From positions 15,376,001 to 15,440,000 of the forward strand of contig JBHGNT010000008.1 of NCBI GenBank assembly GCA_043228905.1: 64,000 bases of DNA, written 5' to 3'. The translations under genes and the position numbers were made by a program. The notes under the pieces were generated by a model that was given only the letters and a program-made list of their open reading frames with translations, did no database searches and was not told the DNA's origin. How positions within the stretch are numbered: the stretch's first letter is position 1; the number at the start of each line of letters is the position of its first letter. This document shows, piece after piece, positions 11,530 through 23,861 of this stretch. Origin of the DNA: Azolla caroliniana (Eukaryota > Plantae > Polypodiophyta).

Positions 11530-13187
11530 TTAATGATAATTTCTGGCAAAGAAATAGGATAAGGTAAGACAAGTAGTCACAATATCATGTTGTGATATAA
11601 ATATATCATGGGCAAACATTAATTGATATCATGATCTCACATCAATACCCCTCTAGATGTATGAGATGAGGTTCAAGATCAGGTTACTATGGTAACACAA
11701 AGGTGTTTTAAAAACCATGGGGGTGACAAATAAATGTTTTTCCCTGATCTCTATATCGATTTTTTCATGGCGGCTCCTCGAGGCTCAACCATGTATGTTT
11801 GTGTCATGAATAGTTTAAACATGAAAAGATGTTAACAATAAATTATGTCTCTGTGCCCACCCATGTGGTTTCGGCTCTTTAAGTCCTATTACGAGGACCC
11901 CAACGTGCACTTAGACCTAAAGTCTAAACATCTGTTATAGTCATATCTTGGTCATATTTGAACTCGAGACCTCAAGAACAAATACATTAAACACTTGAGC
12001 TAACCAAATGGTTTACTTCTTTTGAACATTTAATGAGAGATATGTGAAGGCATTTGCCCATATATGTTTTTTTAAATGAAAACATATATGTCGAGAGTCC
12101 TTATTTCCCCCTCGTTTACTACAAAACTATGTTGGTACGTTACCCAACCTCAAGGCTCATCATTACAACGACATACCCCAAAGTGCAGCCTAATGGTCAA
12201 ATCACACGAGCACTCTTTTCGTAGTAGGCCCACGTGGCCCATCACATGGTTACATCATTACAAACGCCTTTCGTAATGATGATCTCATGGTGGCATCATA
12301 ACCATGTGACAAGGGAAGAATGTTGGATGTGTGTGTCATAGGGGCGACCTCACTTAAAGTGGGTCAAGCCCTACACTCTCAATATCATTGTGGCTATGAT
12401 CGTTTTGTTATAACGTGTAGTAAGATCGAAGTGACCAACAGGGATGACAGCAAAAGAAAATTGTTGAAAAATAAAAGAATGGTGACTACGCCATTCTCAC
12501 AAAAATGTGAGGACGGCCACCAAGATCCTTTCCCCAATAAGGACAACGTTCGACATACACAATCACGTAATAAAAACTAATATCTATTTATGTTTATCAC
12601 ATATATACGATTAAATACGTATAAACATGATTACATATGCATATATTTAAAACAACCGTAACATCACAGAGCCAACGAATGATGTAAATTGAGATACGTA
12701 ATCGAGACATATAGTCTCCACGCACACGAAACATCCAAAAACAAGGGTGAACGTAATACGCAATTGAGGTATCGACCTCTTATGCATACGACACCAATCA
12801 CATATCCTTTACATAGAATCTCATACGCATACATAACATATGGATGTGAACGTAATACGCAATTGAGGTATTAACCTCATACGCATACAACACGAATCAC
12901 ATATCAAATATATGTCAAATGAGTTATTGACCTCATACACATATGTAAATGTTTTATACAACCAATTAATTACCACTACAACATCATTGAGTCTATGAAA
13001 GAAAATACATATTAACTATACATGATTAGATTGGGAGAAGAAAGAATAGAAAAAAAGAAAGAGTTACCGAAGTTCCTTTGTTGATAGCTATCTGGATCAA
13101 GCTCGATCGTACATCGATCGATCACCATCCAATAAGAAAAAATACAATCAACAAAAGAAACATTAGAAACATGGCTTTGATACTAAT

Positions 13188-13562
13188 TGTTAGAGCTTAG
13201 CTAATAATGTAAGCATATGATAAGGATAAAAAATAGATAAATAAGAATCGAGAGAGAGAACGAACTCGAGCCTCGATCGGTGTCCCATACCACCACCGTG
13301 GCGTCAAGTTGTACCTGGTGTTGGCGTGCTCGCTACAAGAGTTGACCCACCACAATGTCAAAGTCTCGACGTAGTCAATAATGTGTCAAATGAGGGTAGC
13401 TAGGCCTCATATTTATAGCCAAACTTAAGGCCCCCAGGCAAGTTCACACTTGGCCTAATGGGTTGTCTCAATCGTGAGTATTAAAAGTAATCCTCCGCTT
13501 CTTTACACTCTCATTTAACCCTCACACTTTATCCATTTTGTGCTAGGTCTCACCCCATGACA
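13188..13562 (-). repeat. 5' LTR of Gypsy C
   Basis: Minus strand reads TGTCATGGGG..CTCTAACA and is followed by a Met-PBS-like motif; TATA (TATAAATA on minus) near 13410. No partner LTR in the window to confirm the outer end. Confidence 0.7.
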
Positions 13563-13566
13563 TAAG

Positions 13567-13752
13567 TGTCGAATACAAGTGTATAATGGACGTATTCACA
13601 CTATCCCTTTGTATAGATCATGTTTGGGCCATTTGTGTAATTAGCATAAATGGTAGTTGCCCTAAGTCGGTCACTATATATAGTGACCTTGTAACCTTTT
13701 TGTAAGGTTGGGTTGTATTATTCTTTTCTATTGAATAGAAAGTCATTTTGTG

Positions 13753-13795
<43 letters not shown>

Positions 13796-16700
13796 GTGCA
13801 CGATCTTGCAAACTGTCATACGCAGGTACTCAACACGAATCGAATGCTATTTGATCTTCCGCATCGACGGCCTTTGTCCTCAACATCTGGTATCAGAGCC
13901 TGCACAGTATTCGGTCCTTCAACCCGCTGTCGGCCGTCGTCTCAGCCTGCACAGCATTCGGTTTCTTGCGTCATTCGAAGAAGAGAGAAGAAGAAGAAAA
14001 ACGAGGCTTGCATCTCATCGCGTTAGATCATCTTCGCTTGGAGTAAGCCAGCCGGTTGTACTCTGTTCCTTGTGATCGTAACCGCTCGAGGTGAAATCCC
14101 CTTGTGCAACATTGACACGATCGTGCTCCACTCGGTTAAACGGCATCCGAAGAGGTCATCAAACGCTGCTCGCCGCTCATTGTAACCACTCGGTGCAGAT
14201 CGGTCTCAAGACAACAACCCCAATTCGTGCTTCATCCGGCTGATCGACATTCGGGAGGATCAGTTGGATCCGTCTCTCTCGTCGCTGCAGTCACCCGAAG
14301 CAGAATCGGTCCAGACAATCGGTTTCAATAATCGGTATTTGGCATATATATTCGGAAGCGAACCAGGCTCACTCCGACTCGGCAACATTCGGGAAGACCA
14401 GTCGGTTCTGTCCCTCAAGTTACCGGAGTCAATTCGAGCAAGTTCAACAATACATATATCCGAAGCCGAACCGACTCGGGTTCAAATCCGACTAGAACAA
14501 TATCGGGTGAGCCAACCGGCTGCACTCCAACAAGGTTCGTAGTCAACTCCGAACCGAGCTTCGTCAACCGAAACCAAATTTGATGGCATCAACATCCGGC
14601 TCGTCAGAAATGAGTCTACGAAAGTTCGATGGATCGAACTTCAACTTCTGGAAAGAGCAAATGCAGGACTATCTCATAGTCAAGGGGCAAATCGATCCCA
14701 TCGAAAATGAAGAACCTCCAGAAGGATACAAACCAATTGAGTGGCAGAAGCTGGACAGAATCGTCCGCGCCACGATTCGGATGCACCTATCGGAATCGGT
14801 ATACTTTACGGTGCAATCGTGTACGACAGCATTCGAACTGTGGAAAACACTGTCGGACACTTACGAAAAGAAGGTCGCCGCAACGAAGATGTTTCTGATC
14901 CGGCGCCTCTACAACTTGCGGATGAAAGAATCCGATTCGGTTCAAGCACATCTCAATGAGTACGAAAGTATAAGCTCCCAAATCTCATCTCAGGGGACGG
15001 CAATCGAGGATGAACTCAGAGCAATGATACTCATGAGCAGCCTTCCCTCATCATGGGAAACTTTCGTCACAACCGTGTGCAACGCGTCAACCACGGCTGT
15101 TAAATACTCCGAAGTCACGAGCGCAATCCTGACCGAAGCAGCTCGGAGAAAGTCTTTCGCCAAAGACTCAACAGACGACGCTTACGTAGTACAAGGTTCA
15201 ACAGACCGATCGAACATACGAGGAAGAGATTCCTCACGGCAGCCGAACAATCAGCGAAGACGGAGCCAGTCACGGGATAATCGAATCTGCAACTATTGCA
15301 AGAAACCCGGACACATCAAAGCCGACTGCCGCGCACTCAAGAACAAGAACGACAAGTCTCAGAAATCAGACAAGAAGAGTGGCCGGCATGAGGAGATCAA
15401 TTACGTCATCTTCTCAGCTGATGTGCTACCAAACGACCCGAATATACTATCAATCGAAAATCCAGTCGGATCAGAAGTTCTGCTCACGACTGAAGAATCG
15501 AGCACATGGCTCTTAGATTCGGGCGCGTCATTTCACGTGACTCCTCATCGATCCCAATTTCGGCAATATACGATCCGTCACTCCGACTCAGTTCGAGTCG
15601 GCAACTCGCAACACTGTGACATCATTGGAATCGGCACAGTAGAGCTCAACCTTGCAGGTGGCTCTACACTTGTACTTCACAATGTCCGACATGTACCCGA
15701 GCTCTCAAGGCCATTGATCTCAGTCGGACAACTAGATGAAGACGACATTCGTGCCGGTTTTTCTTCGGGAGGGTGGACACTCCACAAGGGGAACCTCCTG
15801 CTTGCTAGAGGACCCAAGATACACTCACTGTATCCGTTACATGTTACGCTCAGAGAGGGTAACCTGTTTTTGGTGGATATTCCTGTGTCATCACTATGGC
15901 ACAGAAGATTAGGACACCTCAGCAAGGCTGGCATTACGCACCTATCTAGAGCCGGATACATCCCTAAACTCTCCTTCTCGGACCATCAATTCTGCGAACA
16001 TTGCCAGTATGGCAAACAAGCAGCCGCATCACACCCGACATCAGCACCAAGAGAAACGAGACCTCTCGATTTAGTCCACTCGGACGTCTGTGGCCCAATG
16101 CCGCATCAGTCTCTCGGTGGTGCCTCTTACTTCGTCAGTTTTATTGACGATTCGACTCGAAAGGTGTGGGCTTATCCAATTCGCACCAAAGATCGTGTCT
16201 TCTCGATCTTCCCCGATTGGCTCGCTATGGTAGAAAATCAAACTGACCGAAAACTGAAATGCTTTCGGACCGACAATGGGGGAGAGTTCAAATCAGAAGA
16301 ATTCGTCAAATTCTGCCGACAACGCGGCATCCGACGTGAATTTACGGCACCACACAGTCCGGAGCAAAACGGGATTGCAGAACGCATGAATCGGACAATC
16401 CAAGAACGGATAGTTTCCATGCTCCAACACTCCGGACTGTCGGATGGCTTCTGGGCAGAGGCTCTACTCACGGCAGTACACATAATCAATATGTCGCCAA
16501 GCAGACCTCTAGGACTTCAAATTCCTCAGGAACTATGGATCGGCAGTAAGCCGAATTACGACAAGCTGAGGATCTTCGGATGCGAGGCGTACGCCCTTAT
16601 TCCGAAAGATGATCGCCGAAAACTTGCACCTCGGTCCAGGAAATGCATTTTCCTTGGATATGGATCAGACGGCGAAATGGGATACCGACTCTGGGACCCC

Positions 16701-18993
16701 GAACGCAGACAAATCGTTCGAAGTTCGGACGTTGTGTTCAACGAGTCGGCTATGAATCCATCAGTCGAAAAACCGATCGAAGTCCGAAGGGTAACATTTT
16801 CCGATGTGCCGACCCTTCAAGAAGGCCCCGCTCTTAACACACGGTCAGCTTCACGGGTAGCTGAACCTTACACCACCGACTCGGACAACTGTGACTCGGC
16901 ACAGCAGAATAATTCGCTTTCGGACCATCCGACCTCGATACCCGATGCGACCAGTCCAATCATACCTCGATGATCCGAGAGACTGTCGCAACCTCCGGAG
17001 AGGTATTCTCCTAGAATTTTCTTCACCGACGCCGGCGAACCGACGTCTTACGAAGAAGCATCGACATCTGTCGATTCAACCACCTGGCATCTGGCGATGG
17101 AGTCGGAAATGCACTCCATTCGGGCAAACAAGACTTGGGATCTGGTCGAATTACCTAAGAATCAACGTGCTCTTCCTTGCAAGTGGGTTTATCGACTAAA
17201 AGAGACGTCTGATTCGACCACCCCAAAGTACAAGGCCAGATTAGTTGCGAAGGGCTTCCGACAAGAATATGGCGTCGACTTCGACGAGATTTTTTCACCA
17301 GTGGTGAAAATGACAACCCTTCGTTTTCTACTCGGCGTAGTGGCAGCCGACAACTTGGAGCTGATTCAGCTAGATGTCAAAACAGCCTTCCTCCATGGTG
17401 ATCTTGACGAGGAAATTTATATGGAGCAGCCAAAAGGCTTCGTGGCAACTGGCCAAGAACATCTAGTCTCCCGACTCAGGAAGAGTCTATACGGCCTCAA
17501 ACAGGCACCCCGACAATGGTACAAGAAGTTCGACGACTTCATCCAATCGATCGGCTTCTCAAAAAGCGATGAGGACCATTGTCTTTTTACCAACACAGCT
17601 CAAGATGGATCACCCATCTTCCTCATCATTTACGTGGACGACATGCTAATTTCTGGACGCCACGCGGGCGAACTTCCCGATCTCATTCGGCAATTGCGGT
17701 TGAAGTTTGCCATGAAGGACCTCGGTCCGGCACGACACATACTTGGCATGAAGATTAGTCGGCATCGCGATAAACGACATCTTTTTTTGTCTCAGACCGA
17801 CTATATCGGACGTGTCTTGGAACGCTTCAACATGCAATCAGCCAAATCTGCTTCAACCCCGCTCCCCATGAATCTTCGGCTCTCTCAGCGAGACTGCCCG
17901 ACATCCGGTCCGTAGGGGGAAGATATGAAGTCGGTACCGTATGCACCGGCAGTCGGCTCCCTTATGTACCTAATGGTCGCGACACGGCCTGATATTTCTC
18001 ATGCCGTAGGAGTCGTTAGCAGATTTATGCACAATCCTGGCCGATCGCATTGGAACGCAGTCAAGCATGTGTTCAAATATCTGGCTGGCACAAAAGACCA
18101 CGGCATTCTTTTCGGCCCGAACTCAACCTCAGGCGTAGTCGGTTACACCGACTCGGACTTCGCCGGCTGCATAGACAGTCGGAAATCAACAACCGGATAC
18201 TGCTTCAAATTCGGCAATGGAGCAATTTCGTGGAAGTCGAAACTTCAGGAGTGCACAGCGACCTCAACGACCGAAGCAGAATATGTAGCTGCGTCCGACG
18301 CTGCAAAAGAAGCTTTGTGGCTCGGCCGGCTGGCGCACACGTTTCGGCAAGTCGACCATGACTCGGCTCCAGTTGTCTATAGCGACAGTCAAGGTGTTGT
18401 TGCCTTGTCGAGAAATCCGGTTCACCACAACGCCTCCAAACATATCGACGTTCGATATCACTTCGTTCGGGACTGCGTCATTTCAGGGAAAATCGGTCTA
18501 GAGAAAATATCCACAACCGACAATGTCGCAAATGGAATGACCAAGTGTCTTTCGGCAGACCGCTTTCGGTCCCTTCGGCATCAGATGGGCGTAACGACAA
18601 ACCAGTCCGGTTAGAGCCGGGCACAGCGCAGGATGGTTTCAGACAACCGACATCAGTTTCTTAATGATCGGCTTCAACTCTTCCGACCCGACCAGTCCGG
18701 TCTTCTGCCTTCGGACCCTGCCGACCCGAACAAAACTGATATGTCCGAGAACCTAGGTTTATACCTGTAATCTTAGATAACCCATGTATACGCCCATTAC
18801 GGGGGAGTGTCGAATACAAGTGTATAATGGACGTATTCACACTATCCCTTTGTATAGATCAAGTTTGGGCCATTTGTGTAATTAGCATAAATGGTAGTTG
18901 CCCTAAGTCGGTCACTATATATAGTGACCTTGTAACCTTTTTGTAAGGTTGGGTTGTATTATTCTTTTCTATTGAATAGAAAGTCATTTTGTG

Positions 18994-19032
<39 letters not shown>

Positions 19033-19118
19033 ACGATCTTGCAAACTGTCATACGCAGGTACTCAACACGAATCGAATGCTATTTGATCTTCCGCATCGA
19101 CGGCCTTTGTCCTCAACA
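13567..19118 (+). mobile_element. Full-length Copia LTR retrotransposon D, recent insertion
   Basis: LTRs 13567-13885 and 18808-19118 (one substitution plus a (CT)n length change seen), TSD ATAAG (13562-13566 / 19119-19123), Met PBS 13888-13900, PPT GGGGGAG 18801-18807. Confidence 0.97.
14583..18614 (+). pseudogene. gag-pol: Copia D Gag-Pol, one reading frame with two in-frame stops (16971 TGA, 17913 TAG)
   Basis: ORFs 14580, 17097 and 17925 share a frame; CNYCKKPGHIKADC, LDSGASFH, DNGGEF, YVDD and YTDSDFAG motifs. Confidence 0.92.
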
Positions 19119-19123
19119 ATAAG

Positions 19124-19977
19124 AACATGCTATCACTCTGCACTATAAATCCATGCCCTTGTGGGTTTAACTATGTTGCCCAACCTTCCCCATTTAGGGT
19201 TAGACCCTATATGGAACCCCACACAACATTCCCATTCACAACACAAAATGCCACAATTCTAAGGCTTCTACTCCAAATGTTAATCACCTCTGTATAGTTC
19301 TAGAAATAGTGGGAGATTGATTCCAACGCGTGTCCACTTAACTTACAACTAGCCTCACAACCACGGGAACCCAACCACTCCCCTACAGGTACTGCCTTGT
19401 GGCTAAGAAGCCACAACCAAACCTTTATTTTTTTTGGCATATCCAATACCTATAGCCTCCTTCAAAATGACTTCAAGATGTCATTTGATATGCCTTTATC
19501 CTTCCAGCTATTGCAAATCGTTACACCACCCACCGATTTGGAGCCAATGGTACATCATCCAGGCTTAATATTGTACTAAAAAAACGTATTCAATTTGTTT
19601 GTTCCTAGTGTCTGCCACCATACCTCAAATGGATCCCACTCCAAATCATATAATGGCTAGTTGTTGAAAAGCAATATTTTACAATCATGATCAAGTGTCT
19701 TAGGGTCCGGGTTCAATTGCCACCTCTTACCCTCCTAGTGCCTGCCACCATACCTCAAATGGATCTCACTCCAAATCATATAATGGCTAGTTGTTGAAAA
19801 ACAATATTTTACAATCATGATCAAGTGTCTTAGGGTCCGGGTTCAATTGCCACCCGCACTGCCAACCACCTACCATAATCCATCAATGCACTTATGTTAC
19901 CCCACAAACGCTCCTCATTAGTTGAGCAGCTACCACGGATAAGTTATGTATCACTCTCACCTACAAACCAATAGTCA
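19124..19977 (-). mobile_element. Decayed L1-type LINE ORF2 C-terminal fragment (zf-RVT region)
   Basis: Manual minus-strand translation of about 19220-19520 gives F*RRL*VLDMPKKIKVWLWLLSHKAVPVGEWL..CEASCKLSGHALESISHYF*N..NIW, the plant L1 zf-RVT pattern with Trp codons mutated to stops. Confidence 0.72.
19603..19854. repeat. Two-copy tandem duplication, 130-bp period, in the LINE fragment
   Basis: TCCTAGTG..TTGCCACC at 19603-19724 and 19733-19854 with few mismatches. Confidence 0.9.
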
Positions 19978-20366
19978 TGTCATGATTCGAACTCTTGACC
20001 TATTGTATAATCGATATGTTTTAACCAATACATCCAATACATAATCATGTTACCTTACTAGATTATTGTAGATTATCTATTCTCCATGTAGGATTTTAGA
20101 AGCTTCTAGAAAGCTCCAGAAGCTAGAACATTCTAGAAGCTTGTGCATGAAAATGAGTCTTTCCATGGGGCTACATTTAGAGCCCATAAACATGTATAAA
20201 TACAGGGGTTCACCTTGGCCTTAGTCAAGGTGAACAACACCAGTTACAGAATCATAATTCAATTCTTGTTCTCTTGACTACTTTCTCTCTCTCTTTCTTA
20301 TTATCTTGTCTATGACCTCTCTCTCACTCTCTTAGTATTGAGCCTCGTCTGCTTGTCCGTGACAGT

Positions 20367-20377
20367 TTGTTCACCTT
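20367..20377 (+). promoter_or_regulatory. Self-priming PBS of element E (TTGTTCACCTT)
   Basis: Exact reverse complement of AAGGTGAACAA at 20227-20237, which starts 32 nt after the TATAAATA at 20195; there is no TGG-type tRNA PBS. Confidence 0.8.
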
Positions 20378-20396
20378 CCATCGCCAAAACCTCATC

Positions 20397-22613
20397 ATGT
20401 CATATTCTATTGAGAACATAAATCAACTATTGGCAGCCATGCGTCAACTTCAACTTGAAAATGAGAATCTTCAGGAATCTCTCTAGAAACTCCAAGCTAG
20501 GACTCCAATGGAATTGGAGAATAAAGAACCCAAGTGCCCTCCTACATCAAGGAATTTCCAATCTGTAGAGCTTGGCCCCTCGTCAATCCTCGCTCCAATT
20601 CCTCTTCACCCCACTTCAACTATAGAACCCAATGTTAGTTTACCCGAAAAATTCGATGGCACAAGGGCGTGATTACGGGGGTTCATGAATCAGATCAAGC
20701 TTATTATCCGGCTACAACCCCAAAGATATGTGAATGATTTTTTCCGAGTTGGCCTCGTCTTCCAAGTTGTCGCCCTTTCTCCACATTAAACCTATGGTAC
20801 AACTCCAAGTGATTGCGAGATCTTCTCCAACGACATCGTTCAATGGTCCTATGCCGATGGAAATTGATCGAGCTCGAGCCCCACTCACCACAGCCGAATG
20901 ACACCATCGACAAACCAATGGACTATGTCTATACTATGGTGCCTCTACCCATCTAATTCGTTTTTGCCCACTCAAAAGCAATCGGCGACAAGTCTATCGG
21001 GACAATCCAACTAGTGGGTCCCAACATTCGGAAAACGACGATGTTCCAACTACAGTAGGAGCCATGCGGTTGGACAACAGATATACACATTGCTCCCAAA
21101 GTTCTACTAACGACTTTTTCTTCGAGGTAACTCTCTGTTTCTAGTCTATTTCAATTCAATCCTTAGCACTACTCGATTCCGGGGCCACGACGTGTTTTAT
21201 GGACGAAACGTTCGTTCGTAAACACAACTTTCTTGTTGTCTGGTTGTCCAAGCCTATCCCAGTCGAAGCTATCGATGGGCGAATGCTCTCCTCAGGCGCA
21301 GTCATCAAAGCCATGGTCTCCCTCATTTTGCAAGTCGGGACCCATCAGGAGGCCTTATCATTTTACCTCATTACTTCACTGCGGCATCCAATCATACTTG
21401 GGTTGTCTTGGTTGAAAGCGAATAACCTTGTTATAGATTGGCACAACCACTCACTTACTTTTCAACCGCAAACTCACATGGAGGTTGGAGCGGCTTCCAA
21501 TGTCGTTGTGTCAGAATGGCCAGAATCATTTTCTATCAAGCACTCCTCCATTCAACTCAGAACAATGCACTCGGATGCTCATGCCCTAGTCACAATGCAC
21601 TCCATCTCAATGGGCAATGACTTAGAGTCAAGTACCCCAGCTTTGGTTCCTATGAAAGCCAATCTGGACTTGCTTCCATCCAAATATGGTGACTTTGTTG
21701 ACGTGTTCCAGAAGAAGAATGCAGATCACGTACTGGAGCATCGACCATATGATTGTCCGATCAATCTACAGGAGGGCACATCTCTGCCCTTTGGGCCCAT
21801 CTATGGTCTCTCTGAACCAGAACTAGAGGCTCTTTGCTCATATCTCGATGAAAATTTGGAGAAGGGCTTCATCCAACCATTTAAGTCACCAACTGGGGCC
21901 CCCATCTTGTTTGTGAAGAAAAAGGATGGATCGTTGTGTCTATGTGTGGATTACCATGGCCTCAATAAAATCACGGTACGTAATCGATACCCTTTACCTC
22001 TCATCCCAAAGCTCCTCGATCACCTTCGTTGTGCACAGGTCTTCTCCAAGATTGACTTGGGGGAGCATACAACTTGGTTTGGATTAAACCTGGTGATGAA
22101 TGGAAGACAACATTTCGTACGCAATACAGACACTTCGAGTACAAGGTAATGCCTTTTGGACTCACCAATGCTCCAACATATGATGAACGACATATTTCGA
22201 GAATATCTCGATCACGTTGTCGTTATCTACCTTGATCACATTCTTGTCTTCTCGTCGAGCATTGAAGAGCATACTCACGTTCGATTGATTCTCTTGAAAC
22301 TCAGGGAGCATGGCCTTTATGCCAAGAGAGAAAAATGTGATTTTGATTGCAATTCCATAGAATTTATTGGTTACGTTATCTCCCCCTAAGACATTACCAT
22401 GGATCCAAGGAAAATAGAGACAATTCACGAATGGGCCACTCCAAAACGAGTAAAGGATGTCCAATCGTTCGTTGGTTTCACAAATTTCTATCGGCGATTT
22501 ATCAAGGGGTTCTCCATCATAGTCCAACCCTTGATCGACCTTACTCGTAAAGGGATGTCGTTTCAATGGACTCCATCTACTCAACACGCCTTCGACCTAC
22601 TCAAGGAAGTTTT
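20397..22613 (+). pseudogene. gag-pol: Chromovirus E gag-protease-RT, disrupted
   Basis: MSYSIENINQLL start, degenerate [23 protein letters not shown] and YLDH (decayed YLDD); several stops, frameshifts and deletions. Confidence 0.85.
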
Positions 22614-23032
22614 TGTTAGGAAAAAGGTCCCTCCGGATGGGAAGTGAAAAGAACAGTAATGATGAGAAAACTCGGTCGAGGCCGAAACCGGATGTGGAGT
22701 ACCCGGCTACGGAAGACCCAAAGAGAACCGAATGACGAGTACTCGGCAAGAGCCGGATGGAGAAGACCCAGTGAGAACCAGATGTGGAGTAGTCGGCAAC
22801 GGAAGACCCGGTGAGAACCGGATGACATGTGCCCGGCAAGCGCCGGATGATGCAGGCCCGGTGAGGAGTGCTCACCGGATGAAGGGACATATTCGTAAAT
22901 ATGTTTCTGAGAGTCCGTCGGGGCTATATTTTTAAATAGCCGAAAAGTCATATTAGTATAAATATGACTTAGGGCAAACTTAGTATATGTGTTGTTATTC
23001 TTGTTGGTGCAAGATTAGAGCGCGTAACTGTG

Positions 23033-23066
<34 letters not shown>

Positions 23067-23335
23067 GAGGTCGTTGCCTCTATTGTAACCGCCGCCTGTG
23101 GCGAAGATAGCAAGCTCGAGGTCGTTGCCTCGGTGCTTTACTGTTGTACATTCTGATATAGTGATTGTTTGCAGTCTGTGGGCTGCCATGGTTTTTCCCT
23201 AGTTTGGGTTTTCCACATTAACATCCTGTGTACTCTTCTCTTCACTGTGTCGTGCATTCATTACCCGTTTACTGTGTTTGATTCTAGGCTTGGTTGTGGC
23301 CGAGCGTTGTTCATCGAGAGCGTGTATTCCTGTCA
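22614..23335 (+). mobile_element. Solo LTR of the A-type Copia family
   Basis: TG..CA ends, homologous to 1416-2207, TSD GTTTT at 22609-22613 and 23336-23340, no internal region. Confidence 0.92.
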
Positions 23336-23861
23336 GTTTTTACTGTTAGCTGACCGGCAAGGGAAGTCCAAAATAGGAAAAGGGGGATAATTAATAACCA
23401 AGAGCTGATTATCTATAATATAGAATTATTATGACTTTGAGAAGCAAATGGACGGACCCGGAATCGGTATGTCGATCTGAGTCCGGACCGGTTCGTAACC
23501 GGTTGCCGGTTGGCACCGGTTTGTACCTAGAGCCGGAGACCTATAAAAGGGCCCGGTTAGATTGTAATCATTAGCGAATAATTAATAGAGTGATGTTGTT
23601 CTGTATCTTAATCAAGTTAATTACCGTTCTGTGCTAAGTGTAATTCATCTTACGCGTGTATTGTGACTAATGATCTTGCCGATTAGTAACCAATTAGGGT
23701 TTCATTAATAGTTCGGTCTAAGTTTATCTCACCGCAACACGCCTTTGGTGAAGTGTCTCAAAGGGACACCCTGTATTAGGCCATTGTCCGGACCCTAGTG
23801 ATAACACAGTTTTTGGCGACCACGATTCTTGCACAAATGCAACGAACAACGACGAGAATGG

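Larger units (their letters stand above)
2208..13562 (-). mobile_element. Ty3/Gypsy LTR retrotransposon C (chromovirus-type pol, degenerate), interrupted by A and B; 3' end lies left of the window
   Basis: Minus-strand order: LTR 13188-13562, degenerate Met PBS near 13173-13185, gag, CCHC knuckle CVFCKKKGHTKEQC, protease FDSGSSHNF, RT FLDD, RNase H ETDAS, integrase GHPG/CHQC/SMDF/HPQSDGQTE. Confidence 0.88.

Noticed and set aside
12747-12875. Repeated GTGAACGTAATACGCAATTGAGGTAT in C's long 5' leader
   Set aside because: A short local duplication in an AT-rich UTR with no independent evidence of function.
13755-13795. (CT)n/(GA)n tracts in most LTRs
   Set aside because: A common feature of plant LTRs; nothing specific beyond length slippage.
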